Shown piece after piece: positions 38,894 through 48,806 of a stretch of 64,000 nucleotides of DNA. Position 1 is the stretch's first letter, and the number at the start of each line of letters is the position of its first letter. Below the pieces are notes generated by a model. It did no database searches. It saw nothing but the letters and a program-made list of their open reading frames with translations, and had not been told where the DNA came from. The stretch is from NCBI GenBank assembly GCA_947167695.1, contig CAMVIX010000001.1, positions 8,680 to 72,679 of the forward strand. Direction: 5' to 3'. The DNA is from an uncultured Clostridiaceae bacterium (lineage in GTDB: Bacteria; Bacillota; Clostridia; TANB77; CAG-508). The position numbers and the translations under genes are program-made.

Positions 38894-39907
38894 TTATTTC
38901 AATATAAAGCACAACTTACCATTTCCTCCTTTGCTTTCTATATTTACTTTTGCTCCATTTATTAAAGTCATTTGTGGTGCAACATGACCTATGTCACTAT
39001 CAAATATAATTGGTAAATTTAGCTCTTCTAGCACATCCATTATTGCTTCTTCAAATGTTATTCCAACACTTGTTTTCCTGGTCATTGTTCTTCCAAAAAT
39101 TATCCCCTTGCAATTTTCAAACCAACCAGCCTCTTTAAATTGCCAAAGTGCTCTAACCATTTCTTCCGAAGTAAGCTCGCAATTATCAAAAAACCATATT
39201 ATACCATCTTCTTTATATCTTGTACAAAAGTCATTTACTTTATCGAATTTTGTGCCAACTAATGAATGCAAAACATCAATGCAGCCTCCAATTAATCTTC
39301 CTTCTAGGTATATACTATCTTCTTTTCTTGCATTTTTCCATTCAACTTGTTTAGTAGTATTTAAAGGTTCTAATCCTGTTATTTCCTCTTGCCATCCATC
39401 TTGATATTTTTCAAAGCTTTCCTGCTCTAATCTTTTTCCTTCAAGTACTTCTATATTTTTATTCAAACATTCATGCCATGGGCTCATTCCAAATGAACCA
39501 AAATTTTCTCCATATATTGTTGCAATATCACAAATTGTTGTAACACAAAATCCAAGTCCTGTTGTATCTGAATAGCCTTGAATCCATTTCGGGTTATTTT
39601 TAATTTCTTGAAAACTAATAAACGGAAGAATTTCTAATAAAAATTCTCCTCCTCTTGCTGTGATTATAGCATTTATGTTCTTGTCTGTTACAAGCTCCAT
39701 AAACTCTTTTGCTCGTTCTTCTTTTGTTGCACTTCTTGCTTTAAAATTTTTTCTTACATCTGGAGTTTCTACTATTTTATACCCTATTTTTCTTATCTGC
39801 AAATTAGCACTTTCTAATTTTCTTATATGCAACTTGTCTCCATTTCCTTCAGAAGTTGCAGTAACACCAATTGTATCTCCGGGTTTAATAAACTTTGGAT
39901 AAATCAT
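38894..39907 (-). CDS. S66-family LD-carboxypeptidase (LdcA/MccF-like)
   Basis: IKPGDTIGVTATS...ARGG...GYSD signature. Confidence 0.7.
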   Translation of the reverse strand: MIYPKFIKPGDTIGVTATSEGNGDKLHIRKLESANLQIRKIGYKIVETPDVRKNFKARSATKEERAKEFMELVTDKNINAIITARGGEFLLEILPFISFQEIKNNPKWIQGYSDTTGLGFCVTTICDIATIYGENFGSFGMSPWHECLNKNIEVLEGKRLEQESFEKYQDGWQEEITGLEPLNTTKQVEWKNARKEDSIYLEGRLIGGCIDVLHSLVGTKFDKVNDFCTRYKEDGIIWFFDNCELTSEEMVRALWQFKEAGWFENCKGIIFGRTMTRKTSVGITFEEAIMDVLEELNLPIIFDSDIGHVAPQMTLINGAKVNIESKGGNGKLCFILK

Positions 39908-39959
39908 ATTTTCTCCTTTTTTGCTAAAAAAAAGAAGCAGCTTATTTTTAGCTACTTCT

Positions 39960-40035
39960 TGGTGGGCAATCGGGGTCTCGAACCCCGGACCTTCTGATTA
40001 AGAGTCAGCTGCTCTACCAACTGAGCTAATCACCC
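39960..40035 (-). tRNA. tRNA-Lys (anticodon CTT)
   Basis: Cloverleaf folded by hand: acceptor GGGTGAT/ATTGCCC, D-arm GCTC-AGTTGGT-AGAGC, anticodon loop CTCTTAA, T-arm CGGGG-TTCGAGA-CCCCG, and an encoded CCA. A terminator hairpin follows at 39908-39955. Confidence 0.85.
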
Positions 40036-40115
40036 GAATTTTGTTACTTTTTAATTATACTCACTTACTAGCTGTTTGTCAAGGTTTCTAGCGATATTTT
40101 TTTGCTTTGTTTCAT

Positions 40116-40152
40116 CATTTTGGGGACAGGTTTGAAACCTGTCCCCAAAATG
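40116..40152. repeat. CATTTTGGGGACAGGTTTGAAACCTGTCCCCAAAATG palindrome
   Basis: GGGGACAGG family. Confidence 0.55.
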
Positions 40153-40180
40153 ATTGACATCCTTGTTTTTACTTTATTTA

Positions 40181-41020
40181 TTAATTTCTATGTTTATGTT
40201 TGTTCGCTCTTATTATATTCCCTGTTAGTATTAAGCTGAAGCCTATTATTGCCATAATTATTCCAGATACATTTATTATATCTAATATATTAAATATAAT
40301 AGTTCTTATCGTGTATGTTATTGCTTCACTTAATATCATTATATTCTTTATGTCTACCCTATATTTTATATACAATTGCATAAAAACATAAAAGGCTCCT
40401 GATGTTACAAGTGGAATCCCAAGCATTACCATGTTTCTCCAGTATTTTTTTATACATGTTGTAAGTATAATTATCGTTGTAATACCTATCATTGATGCTG
40501 ATATTGTAGTTAATTTGCTCACTAATGTATGTGCTTTTTCTATTCCGTTAAATAATTTCTCTTCAATATCTGTATGCAAAATAGAGTCATTATATTGTTC
40601 TGATACAACTTCCACATATTTTTCAATTGTTTCTTGGGATCTTACCCATATGTTTTTTTCTGTAATATTCCTTTGTATATTACTTCTTAATCTGTCTTTT
40701 ACCTTATCTAAATCAATCTTCGCATTTTTTCCATCATATATATTTGAAATAATTATTTCCGTATCTTCTTTTATATCTTCAGGAGTAACTAAATTTTCTA
40801 TTATACCTTTATTTAGTCCAGACTGATATATGTAATTTTCGAAATCAGAATTTACTTGAGAATATGTGTTTATATAATAATCCGTTTCTTCAAATTTGCT
40901 TAAAACATATCTTTTACTAAAAATTGTAGAAGAAACAATTTGAGCAAGTCCCAAAACAATAATTCCAATAGCTAAAATTATTGCACATATCCATCTTAGA
41001 ATATCTATTACTTTTCCCAT
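40181..41020 (-). CDS. Membrane protein (N-terminal transmembrane helix, ~140-aa extracytoplasmic segment, 4 C-terminal transmembrane helices), unknown; in the sortase operon
   Basis: ORF topology. It is adjacent to the sortase on the same strand with a 13-bp gap. Confidence 0.4.
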   Translation of the reverse strand: MGKVIDILRWICAIILAIGIIVLGLAQIVSSTIFSKRYVLSKFEETDYYINTYSQVNSDFENYIYQSGLNKGIIENLVTPEDIKEDTEIIISNIYDGKNAKIDLDKVKDRLRSNIQRNITEKNIWVRSQETIEKYVEVVSEQYNDSILHTDIEEKLFNGIEKAHTLVSKLTTISASMIGITTIIILTTCIKKYWRNMVMLGIPLVTSGAFYVFMQLYIKYRVDIKNIMILSEAITYTIRTIIFNILDIINVSGIIMAIIGFSLILTGNIIRANKHKHRN

Positions 41021-41033
41021 TATTGCTTATCTC

Positions 41034-41645
41034 CTATTCTTCTACTACTTCTGCATAAACTACATATCTTTGTGAAGCATATCCCACATTATTAAATGGA
41101 TAACATGTAAATATCATTAATATTTCTTCATCATGCTGTATTGGAATTGCATTTACATTTGTCTCATTTATTAATTTTAGGTCATATATTCTATAATTGT
41201 AAACACCGTAATTTGTAGTTATTTTTATAGAGTCACCTATTTCAAGCTCTCCAAATCTCCTGAAGAAACCTGCAAAGTTGTGCCCCATGTAAACAATAGA
41301 CCCACCTTCTCCAGGAAAGTAGCTTCCACTAGAATGTCCTACTCCCTTTTTTAATGTTTGCAAATCCTCTCCATAGTAAACTGGCAAATTTACATCTATT
41401 GCCGGTATTTCGATATCTGCATATTTTGTGCCATATTCAGGGTATGTTTCCAAAGTTTTTTTAGTAGTATTTATTGTAACAACTTCTTCCTTTTTGTTTT
41501 CTATATCTACCGTTATTTTATTTGCTAATATAAGAGCAGTGTCTACTTCTCGCCCAAAAAGCAGATAAATTACTCCTATTAGTGCAGTTGTAATTAATAA
41601 AGCAACTATTAAATGAATAATAGTTGCTTTTATTGGTTTATTCAT
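41034..41645 (-). CDS. Sortase (transpeptidase)
   Basis: Transmembrane anchor, catalytic His (IVYMGHN), TLxTC-type Cys (LMIFTCYP) and Arg (QRYVVYA). Confidence 0.7.
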   Translation of the reverse strand: MNKPIKATIIHLIVALLITTALIGVIYLLFGREVDTALILANKITVDIENKKEEVVTINTTKKTLETYPEYGTKYADIEIPAIDVNLPVYYGEDLQTLKKGVGHSSGSYFPGEGGSIVYMGHNFAGFFRRFGELEIGDSIKITTNYGVYNYRIYDLKLINETNVNAIPIQHDEEILMIFTCYPFNNVGYASQRYVVYAEVVEE

Positions 41646-41657
41646 TGATCCTTCTTC

Positions 41658-42176
41658 CTATTTTGCAATTGTTCTTTTTACAAGTACAACTGCTACTAAG
41701 GCGATAACTGCTATGCTTCCTGCAACAAGTGCTACATTTACTTCTGTTCCTGTGTAAGCAAGTTTTCCATTAGTTTCTGAAACAGTTTCAATATGTTTTC
41801 CATTTTTGTATATATCAACTGATTTTGTTTTGAAAACTAATGTAACATCAAGTACTTTTGCAGCTTCTGTAGCTACAGCTTTTACTTCATCTTTTTGAGC
41901 TTGTGTTAAATCTTCATATTTAACAACTCCAGTTCTATCATAAACTGCTGCTACTTCTTTAGCTTTTCCAACTAGTGAATTTGCTTCAGCTTCTGTTACA
42001 TCACTGCTGTTTAAATATCTTTCAAGTCTTACCTTGTCTGCTGTTGTCATACCATATTTTACACCAATTGCATAAATTTGGTCTAAAACTTCAGCTTTTG
42101 TTGCTGCACTAACACTGCTTACTAAAGTTGCAAGTAAAATGATAGCAAGTGCCACTATTGATAACATTTTTTTCAT
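41658..42176 (-). CDS. Small secreted surface protein with an LAYTG sorting signal
   Basis: Signal peptide, then C-terminal LAYTG, a hydrophobic stretch and a KRTIAK tail. LAxTG is the class-E-type motif. Confidence 0.6.
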   Translation of the reverse strand: MKKMLSIVALAIILLATLVSSVSAATKAEVLDQIYAIGVKYGMTTADKVRLERYLNSSDVTEAEANSLVGKAKEVAAVYDRTGVVKYEDLTQAQKDEVKAVATEAAKVLDVTLVFKTKSVDIYKNGKHIETVSETNGKLAYTGTEVNVALVAGSIAVIALVAVVLVKRTIAK

Positions 42177-42277
42177 TGATAATTCCTCCTCTATATTAAA
42201 GTTGTCCTAATTATACAGCTATAAATTTTAAAATGCAATAGTTTATTTCTAAAAAAAATATTTTTTTATTTAATAGT

Positions 42278-43213
42278 CTAGCAAATATCTCCTATCGATC
42301 TATCTTCATGGATTCTTAGAATAACTTCTGCAAAAACAGGTGCAATAGATAAAACTTTAATTTTGTCTATTCTCTTTTCCTTTGGAAGAGGAACTGTATT
42401 TGTCATTACACATTCTTTTATTGGAGAATTCTCTAGTCTTTCTATTGCAGGTCCAGATAAAATGCCATGTGTACATCCTATATATATGCTTTTGGCACCC
42501 TCTCTTTCTAGTATATGAGCTGTTTCCATCATAGAACCCGCTGTGTCTATTTCATCATCAAATATAATTGCATTTCTATCTTTAACCTGCCCTATAACAT
42601 TTGTAGCAATCGCTCTATCATCATTTCCATCTCTTCTTTTATCAATTAACGCTATTGGGCAATTAAAGAATTTAGAATATTTGTAAGCCTTTTTTGCACT
42701 ACCTGCATCTGTAGCAACTATTACCATATCTTCTAAATTTTTCTCTTTAAAATAATTTTCTAATAGCCTCTGTGCTGAAAGCTTATCACAATATATATTA
42801 AAATATGATTGTATTGCATCATTGTGTAAATCGCAGGTTATAACTCTATCTGCTCCTGCTGCTTCTATTAATTGTGCCATTAGTTTAGCTGTAACTGGAA
42901 TTCTTGGTTGGTCTTTTTTGTCTGATCTTGCATAAATGTAATATGGAAGAACTACACTAATATGATCTGCGGATGCCCTTTTTAATGCATCTACCGTAAT
43001 TAAGAGCTCCATTACTCTTTCATTTACTGGTGGCTGAGTAGTTTGAACCACATATACGTCTTGTCCACGAACTGATTCTAAAATTTGTACAAAATTATTG
43101 TCATTTGAAAACTTTTGGTAGCTAACCTTCCCCATTGGAATTTTTAGATAATCACACATTTCTTTAGTAAATTCTTCCGCTGTAGGACATGCAAATAATT
43201 TGATGTTTTTCAT
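42278..43213 (-). CDS. prs: Ribose-phosphate pyrophosphokinase
   Basis: PRPP synthetase motifs (DLHNDAIQ..., IATDAGSAKKA, and the PRPP-binding loop VIFDDEIDTAGSM). Confidence 0.85.
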   Translation of the reverse strand: MKNIKLFACPTAEEFTKEMCDYLKIPMGKVSYQKFSNDNNFVQILESVRGQDVYVVQTTQPPVNERVMELLITVDALKRASADHISVVLPYYIYARSDKKDQPRIPVTAKLMAQLIEAAGADRVITCDLHNDAIQSYFNIYCDKLSAQRLLENYFKEKNLEDMVIVATDAGSAKKAYKYSKFFNCPIALIDKRRDGNDDRAIATNVIGQVKDRNAIIFDDEIDTAGSMMETAHILEREGAKSIYIGCTHGILSGPAIERLENSPIKECVMTNTVPLPKEKRIDKIKVLSIAPVFAEVILRIHEDRSIGDIC

Positions 43214-43353
43214 TTTTATATATCCCCCTTAAAGTATTTATTTTTGTCATATTTTGTCGAGTTAAGCATATTATATATTAAATAAAATATTTGTAAAGAG
43301 GTTTTGAGGAAATAAAAATTTTTATTACTAGATATTTTTTTTAGCAATAAATA

Positions 43354-43397
43354 AAACATAGCAATTTTGCAGTTAAACCGCAAAATTGCTATGTTTT
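43354..43397. terminator. Perfect 18-bp-stem bidirectional terminator downstream of ugd
   Basis: AAAACATAGCAATTTTGC-AGTTAAACC-GCAAAATTGCTATGTTTT flanked by A and T runs. Confidence 0.55.
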
Positions 43398-43438
43398 TCT
43401 ATTTAGTTTAAGTGGACACAATTATCTAGTAGCATTTT

Positions 43439-44608
43439 CTAACTATCTCTTCTATATAAGTCTCTTGTATATACTTTGTCTTTAACCTCAAATAATTGGT
43501 CTTCATATCTATTTGCTAAAATAACATCTGACTTTTTTGCAAACTCTTCAAAGTCATTTACTACTTCGCAACCATTAAACTCTTTTTCTGAAAAAGTAGG
43601 TTCATATATAATTACATTTGCGCCCTCATCTTTTACTTTTGCAATTACACCTTGAATTGCACTTGCTCTAAAGTTGTCTGAATCTTTCTTCATTGTTAGT
43701 CTGTAAACACCTACTGTTTCAGGATTTCTTCTCATAATCATTTCTGCTATATGAGATTTTCTTGTTTGGTTAGACCTAACAATTGCTCTAATTAAGTTTT
43801 GTGGTACATTTTCAAAATTTGCTAAAAGTTGTTTTGTATCTTTTGGTAGGCAATATCCACCATATCCAAATGATGGATTGTTATAGTGCGTACCAATTCT
43901 AGGGTCTAGGCATACACCATCTATAATGTCCTTTGTGTCTAATCCTTTTAGTTCTGCATAAGTATCTAGCTCATTAAAATATGAAACTCTTAAGGCTAAA
44001 TATGTATTTGCAAACAATTTAACCGCTTCCGCCTCTGTACTATTCATATATTTTATTTGAATGTCTTCTTTTAGTGCTGCATCTTTTAAAAGGTTCGCAA
44101 ACTGAATAGCTCTTTCAGACTTTTCTCCAACTATAATTCTTGAAGGATAAAGGTTATCATATAGGGCCTTTCCTTCTCTTAAAAACTCAGGTGAAAACAT
44201 TATATTATCTATGCCATATTTTTTCTTAACAGATTCAACATATCCAACTGGTATTGTAGATTTTATAACCATTGTTGTATTTATTTTCATAGAAATAACT
44301 TTTTCAATTATATCTTCTACTGTGGATGTATCAAAGTAGTTTCTTTCATCATCATAATTTGTAGGTGTACTTATTACAATAAATTTAGCTCCTTCAAAAG
44401 CATCTTTGTAATCCAAAGTTGCTCTTAAATTAAGCTTTTTATTTGCAAAAAAATCTTCAATTTCATTATCTCTAATAGGAGATTTCCTATTATTAATCAT
44501 ATCTACCTTTTCTGGAATGATGTCTAAAGCAACAACTTCGTTCTTTTGGCTAAGTAATGTTGCGATAGAAAGCCCAACATATCCTGTTCCTGCTACTGCA
44601 ATTTTCAT
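43439..44608 (-). CDS. ugd: UDP-glucose 6-dehydrogenase (nucleotide-sugar dehydrogenase)
   Basis: [12 protein letters not shown] Rossmann fold and the catalytic Cys region [10 protein letters not shown]. Confidence 0.85.
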   Translation of the reverse strand: MKIAVAGTGYVGLSIATLLSQKNEVVALDIIPEKVDMINNRKSPIRDNEIEDFFANKKLNLRATLDYKDAFEGAKFIVISTPTNYDDERNYFDTSTVEDIIEKVISMKINTTMVIKSTIPVGYVESVKKKYGIDNIMFSPEFLREGKALYDNLYPSRIIVGEKSERAIQFANLLKDAALKEDIQIKYMNSTEAEAVKLFANTYLALRVSYFNELDTYAELKGLDTKDIIDGVCLDPRIGTHYNNPSFGYGGYCLPKDTKQLLANFENVPQNLIRAIVRSNQTRKSHIAEMIMRRNPETVGVYRLTMKKDSDNFRASAIQGVIAKVKDEGANVIIYEPTFSEKEFNGCEVVNDFEEFAKKSDVILANRYEDQLFEVKDKVYTRDLYRRDS

Positions 44609-44690
44609 ATAAATTACTTCCTTTCTGTACATTATTTCGTCATTATTTTATCAATTAAAACTTAATATGTCAATATTTCCTAGGCACATA

Positions 44691-45221
44691 TTATAAGGCT
44701 CTTTTTTCTTTCTTTATTAGTCTATAAATCAGGTAGAATATTATTGCTCCAGCAACAGCACCGATTGTATCTATTCCAACATCCATAAACTGACCTGTTC
44801 GTCCTTCTACGTATAACTGGTGGAATTCATCTGTGCAGGCATATACAAAACAAAGCACAACACTTAACACTACAAACTTGATGTCTAATCTGTTTCTTAT
44901 TTGTAAAAACAAGTTAAGCACCAATATACTTAATATAAAATATACGCCAGTATGGGCAAATTTTCTAAAAACTAAATTCACTGTTTCTAAAACTTCATTA
45001 TTCTTTTTCTGTGTCTTATGAGAAATAGCTTTGTTTGCATTATTCTGCACCGTTTCATTTGCTGATGTTTGGACAGTTTCTTCAATTATTTTATTAACTA
45101 TTTTTTTGCTATTTAGGTTAGATTCATCAGATGGCATTTCCGATAAGAAGAAAATAACCACCATCCAAGCAATTACCAAAAGCAAGGATATTATTAAATG
45201 TAATTTTTTCAAAATAATCAC
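44691..45221 (-). CDS. VanZ-family membrane protein
   Basis: The C-terminal transmembrane region has the VanZ pattern (CTDEFHQLYVEGRTGQFMDVGIDTIGA). Confidence 0.6.
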   Translation of the reverse strand: MIILKKLHLIISLLLVIAWMVVIFFLSEMPSDESNLNSKKIVNKIIEETVQTSANETVQNNANKAISHKTQKKNNEVLETVNLVFRKFAHTGVYFILSILVLNLFLQIRNRLDIKFVVLSVVLCFVYACTDEFHQLYVEGRTGQFMDVGIDTIGAVAGAIIFYLIYRLIKKEKRAL

Positions 45222-45330
45222 CTATATTTATTTTAACTGTTATTAATGTTTTTATTCTATCATAGTTTGTGGAATTTGAGAACAAATAGGAACGGAAAAA
45301 CTGGTTATTCGCTTTTCAAAAATTTTACTA

Positions 45331-46332
45331 TCACTTACGGTTTATTAAATTAATAATTGCTTCTCCATGAAGATTTACCTTAGTATCTGGATATAATATT
45401 TTTCCTTGTTGTAGCTCTTCAATCGTTTTAGGCTTTATTTCAACTAGTGTATCTAATTCCTTATCCGAAAAAACATAATGCAAAGGTATACCCTTTTCGT
45501 TTGCTCTGTTGTTTCTAAATTTAATTAAGCATTCTCTTAGCTTTTCGTCATTCATTCTTATTGTATTATTTATGTATTTATTCTTAAATATTTCATAATA
45601 GTCATAATTTCTCTCAATGCTTTCGCTTAAAAACATATTAGCCCAAGATTCTATTTCGCTTTTCGGTGACCATAGACTTTTATCTGAATGATCAATATCA
45701 TATTGTATTTTCCTTATCAAAGCATCAGCTCTAATAATTTTATCTTTTATGTCATTTGGTGCATGCTTAGTATCAATAATAGTATCTGAATTAGCAGCCA
45801 CTACAAGTATCCTGTGCTGTGAATCAAAATTTCTATTTCCTAATATTTTAGTTAGTCCATTTATAATCTTATTATTAGTAAATGTAAACGTATCCCAAAG
45901 TTTCTTATACACAATTCTTTGCGCTTCTACCTGCCTTATAGGAGAATCCATACCTTTTCTTATTTTTCTTCCATTTACAGAATACTCCCTAATAAAATTG
46001 CCATTACTATCTACAGTAATATTTCCAACCAAATTCTTACACTCAATAAAATAGCAATGTGCTTTAGTTACTACAATATAATCTACTTGAGCATTTAAGT
46101 CATTATATTGAAAATTAATATCGTGTAAAACATACATTCCAATATTTGCTTTAGATAATTGATATTTTATCTCTTTTTCCCCTTCAATTCCTTTTTTTAT
46201 GAAATATAATTCTTCCTCAATTTGCTTATTGTTTGGGTATTCTTGATTGAGTTTAGTCAAAGCTTCATATTGTTTTTCTAAATTAGAATCGTCTTTTAGA
46301 AAAATTGTGTCGGTAAATTTATTAAATAGCAT
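45331..46332 (-). CDS. NERD-domain protein with a C-terminal HRDC-like helical module
   Basis: NERD core (EIKYQLSK...DYIVVTKAHCYFIECKN) plus a C-terminal IPLHYVFSDKELDTLVEIKPKTIEEL. Confidence 0.55.
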   Translation of the reverse strand: MLFNKFTDTIFLKDDSNLEKQYEALTKLNQEYPNNKQIEEELYFIKKGIEGEKEIKYQLSKANIGMYVLHDINFQYNDLNAQVDYIVVTKAHCYFIECKNLVGNITVDSNGNFIREYSVNGRKIRKGMDSPIRQVEAQRIVYKKLWDTFTFTNNKIINGLTKILGNRNFDSQHRILVVAANSDTIIDTKHAPNDIKDKIIRADALIRKIQYDIDHSDKSLWSPKSEIESWANMFLSESIERNYDYYEIFKNKYINNTIRMNDEKLRECLIKFRNNRANEKGIPLHYVFSDKELDTLVEIKPKTIEELQQGKILYPDTKVNLHGEAIINLINRK

Positions 46333-46486
46333 ATGAAGGTCTCCTTTCGTTCTAGTATTAATGCCATTATAACATAAAAAAGTGTGTTAATGAAATAATT
46401 TGATATATGACTATAAGAAATGTAAAAAAATCGTGTATAATACTATACACGATTACTTATATAATTCAGTAAAAGTTGTTATTTTC

Positions 46487-46625
46487 TTAAAACATTTTGC
46501 CAAATCTCTCCGTCCTATTGGCAACAAAAATGTGGTTCCAAATATGAACCACATTCTTTATTATTTATTCTATTATATTACCAGATTTTTATTACCAAAA
46601 TCCTCCGTCACTATTGGCAGCCTAA
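46487..46625 (+). repeat. Two copies of the motif CAAA(A/T)(T/C)CTCCGTC(C/A)CTATTGGCA downstream of the GNAT module
   Basis: Copies at 46497-46523 and 46596-46620, in the same orientation as the copies at 47583-47775. Confidence 0.5.
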
Positions 46626-46635
46626 TGGTATGAGA

Positions 46636-47253
46636 TTATTCTTTTTTACTTAAATCGCAAAGCATTTGTAGCAAATACTCGCCTGAATTTGTTTTTCTTT
46701 CATCTCTTTCTAAGCTTCTTTTACCGAAGCAAACAAATCCATTGCTTTCATAGAACTGTTTTAATTCTGGTTTATCCTCACACTCTAGGAAAACAAATCT
46801 GCCTCCTAATATATCTTGAGCTTCTCTAATTTTATCGCAAGCCAATTTTAAAAGGTAATCTCCACTAATTAGACTATTATAACCATTAGAATAATTCTTT
46901 CCAAGTTGTCCTATTAGTGGTAAAGCTATATCATAACTTCTTGATTCGCTATTATATTTTGCATATTTTAGAATCTGTTTTCTTTTTGTGTTACTTAATA
47001 AAACTCTTCTAATTTTTGTTACTTTATTAGTAATAGCAAAATATCCAACAATAACGTTCTTTTGTTTGTATGATGTTACAATTACAAATGTCTCTGCTAT
47101 ATCTTGCTTAGAAAATTCTATAGCCTTGTTTTGTATAAAGTCTTCGACATCTTTATTTATATCACACTTAAAATTTTTTAATAATTCTTTAGTATCATTC
47201 TCTCCCAAAACATTATAGATATCTTTTAAATTTATTACTTTATATCCTTGCAT
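46636..47253 (-). CDS. GNAT-fold acetyltransferase, candidate toxin of a two-gene module
   Basis: GNAT motif A (LIGQLGKN) and a C-terminal KQFYESNGFVCFG bulge region. Its start abuts the stop of the 60-aa upstream gene. Confidence 0.5.
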   Translation of the reverse strand: MQGYKVINLKDIYNVLGENDTKELLKNFKCDINKDVEDFIQNKAIEFSKQDIAETFVIVTSYKQKNVIVGYFAITNKVTKIRRVLLSNTKRKQILKYAKYNSESRSYDIALPLIGQLGKNYSNGYNSLISGDYLLKLACDKIREAQDILGGRFVFLECEDKPELKQFYESNGFVCFGKRSLERDERKTNSGEYLLQMLCDLSKKE

Positions 47254-47436
47254 TTATTTACTGAAAATTTCCCTAATTCTTTCACTATCTTTTATTGTCT
47301 CAACAGCTTTCCCTGATTGTACACTCTTTCTACTTTTTCCTTCTGCATTTTCTAAAGCATTGATAAAAGAATTAGCTGCTGTTTTACTTTTTATTGTAAT
47401 ATTCTTCATAAAACTCTTTGTGGCCATCCTCATCAT
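47254..47436 (-). CDS. 60-aa protein, candidate antitoxin partner
   Basis: Small, hydrophilic and lysine-rich. It is translationally coupled to the GNAT gene (stop at 47254, next start at 47253). Confidence 0.4.
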   Translation of the reverse strand: MMRMATKSFMKNITIKSKTAANSFINALENAEGKSRKSVQSGKAVETIKDSERIREIFSK

Positions 47437-47582
47437 CTCCTACTTTATAATATGAAATATCTATAATATTATACCACAATTTTATGTAAATTTCAATTTA
47501 AAAACTTTATATATTTACTGTTTAAAACTTTCAATACATAGGCTTACTAATTATAAATGTGGTACATATATATTATATACAC

Positions 47583-47775
47583 TTCTTTTTAAAAAGTTTG
47601 TCAAATTCTGTCGAAAGCTTTAAATTATTTTTCCGCATTTCACTCCATCCCTATTGGCATTATATAAATATAGTTAATATTATATACATTTTTTGTAAAA
47701 ATCTTGTCAAATCTTGCTGAAATTCTTAAATTATTTTTCTGTCAAAATTCTCCGTCCCTAATGGCATATCATACT
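47583..47775 (+). repeat. Two tandem ~109-bp repeat units (~85% identical) ending in CTCC(A/G)TCCCTA(T/A)TGGCA
   Basis: Unit 1 spans 47590-47665 and unit 2 spans 47697-47775. Each begins TTGTCAAAT...TTAAATTATTTTTC. Confidence 0.55.
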
Positions 47776-47822
47776 TGCTCTGTCCCTATTAGTACTTACC
47801 TTGTAGTACTTATCTTTTTTTC

Positions 47823-48794
47823 TTATTTCATCAAATATTCTGGATGTGCCAAATACCAATCTATTGTCAAAATAATTCCATTTTCAAATTTGGTTTTTGG
47901 TTCCCATCCAAATTCTGTTTTTAATTTAGTCGGGTCAATTGCATATCTATAATCGTGTCCCTTTCTATCCTCTACATAGGAAATAAGGCTTTCTGACTTG
48001 TTTAGATGATTTAGTATTAGTTTCACAATCTCTATGTTTCTCTTTTCATTGTGTCCTCCTATATTATATCTCTCTCCCTTTTTGCCTTGATGTAATACTA
48101 TATCTATTGCTTTGCAATGATCCTCTACATATAGCCAATCTCTTATGTTTAGTCCCTGCCCATATACAGGCAGTTGTTTGTCTTGCAGAGCCAGCGAAAT
48201 CATGTGTGGAATTAGTTTTTCATGGTGTTGGTATGGTCCATAATTATTTGAACAATTTGTGACACTTACATTCATTTTAAAGGTTTCGCAATAAGCCAGT
48301 GCTATTAAGTCAGATGATGCTTTTGATGCTGAATATGGGCTGTTTGGTTTTATTGGAGAAGTTTCAGTAAAATATCCCGTTTCTCCCAAACTGCCATATA
48401 CTTCATCTGTGGATATATGGACAAACTTATTCTCGCTACCTTCGCCCCATATCTGTTTTGTAGCTTCTAAAAGTGTATGTGTTCCGATTACATTTGTGTG
48501 TGTGAATATAAATGGATTTTTTATACTATTGTCAACATGCGATTCTGCTGCAAAATGAACAATTCCATCTATATTATATTTTTTCATTGTGTCTTTAACA
48601 AACTCAAAATCACAAATGTCTCCTTGTACAAATGTTATTTTGTCTATTACTTTGTCCAAGTTATGCAAATTTCCAGCATAGGTTAATTTGTCAAATACAA
48701 TAAAATTATATTCTCCATCGTATTTATTTACCATATATTCTACAAAGTTTGCTCCTATAAATCCGGCAGCTCCAGTTATTAAAATATTTTTCAT
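47823..48794 (-). CDS. rfbB: dTDP-glucose 4,6-dehydratase
   Basis: ITGAAGFIG and YSASKASSD with a catalytic YxxxK. Confidence 0.9.
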   Translation of the reverse strand: MKNILITGAAGFIGANFVEYMVNKYDGEYNFIVFDKLTYAGNLHNLDKVIDKITFVQGDICDFEFVKDTMKKYNIDGIVHFAAESHVDNSIKNPFIFTHTNVIGTHTLLEATKQIWGEGSENKFVHISTDEVYGSLGETGYFTETSPIKPNSPYSASKASSDLIALAYCETFKMNVSVTNCSNNYGPYQHHEKLIPHMISLALQDKQLPVYGQGLNIRDWLYVEDHCKAIDIVLHQGKKGERYNIGGHNEKRNIEIVKLILNHLNKSESLISYVEDRKGHDYRYAIDPTKLKTEFGWEPKTKFENGIILTIDWYLAHPEYLMK

Positions 48795-48806
48795 TTTTTC
48801 TTCCCC

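Noticed and set aside
46400-46633. 77-aa plus-strand ORF
   Set aside because: It lies entirely over the repeat copies, has tyrosine-rich low complexity and no RBS.
47583-47775. Sigma-54 promoters (TGGCA) in the CTCCGTCCCTATTGGCA repeats
   Set aside because: The GG to GC spacing is 12 nt, not the 10 nt required, and there is no TTGC -12 element.
47583-47775. CRISPR array
   Set aside because: There are only two ~109-bp units with no short repeat/spacer periodicity, and no cas genes in the window.
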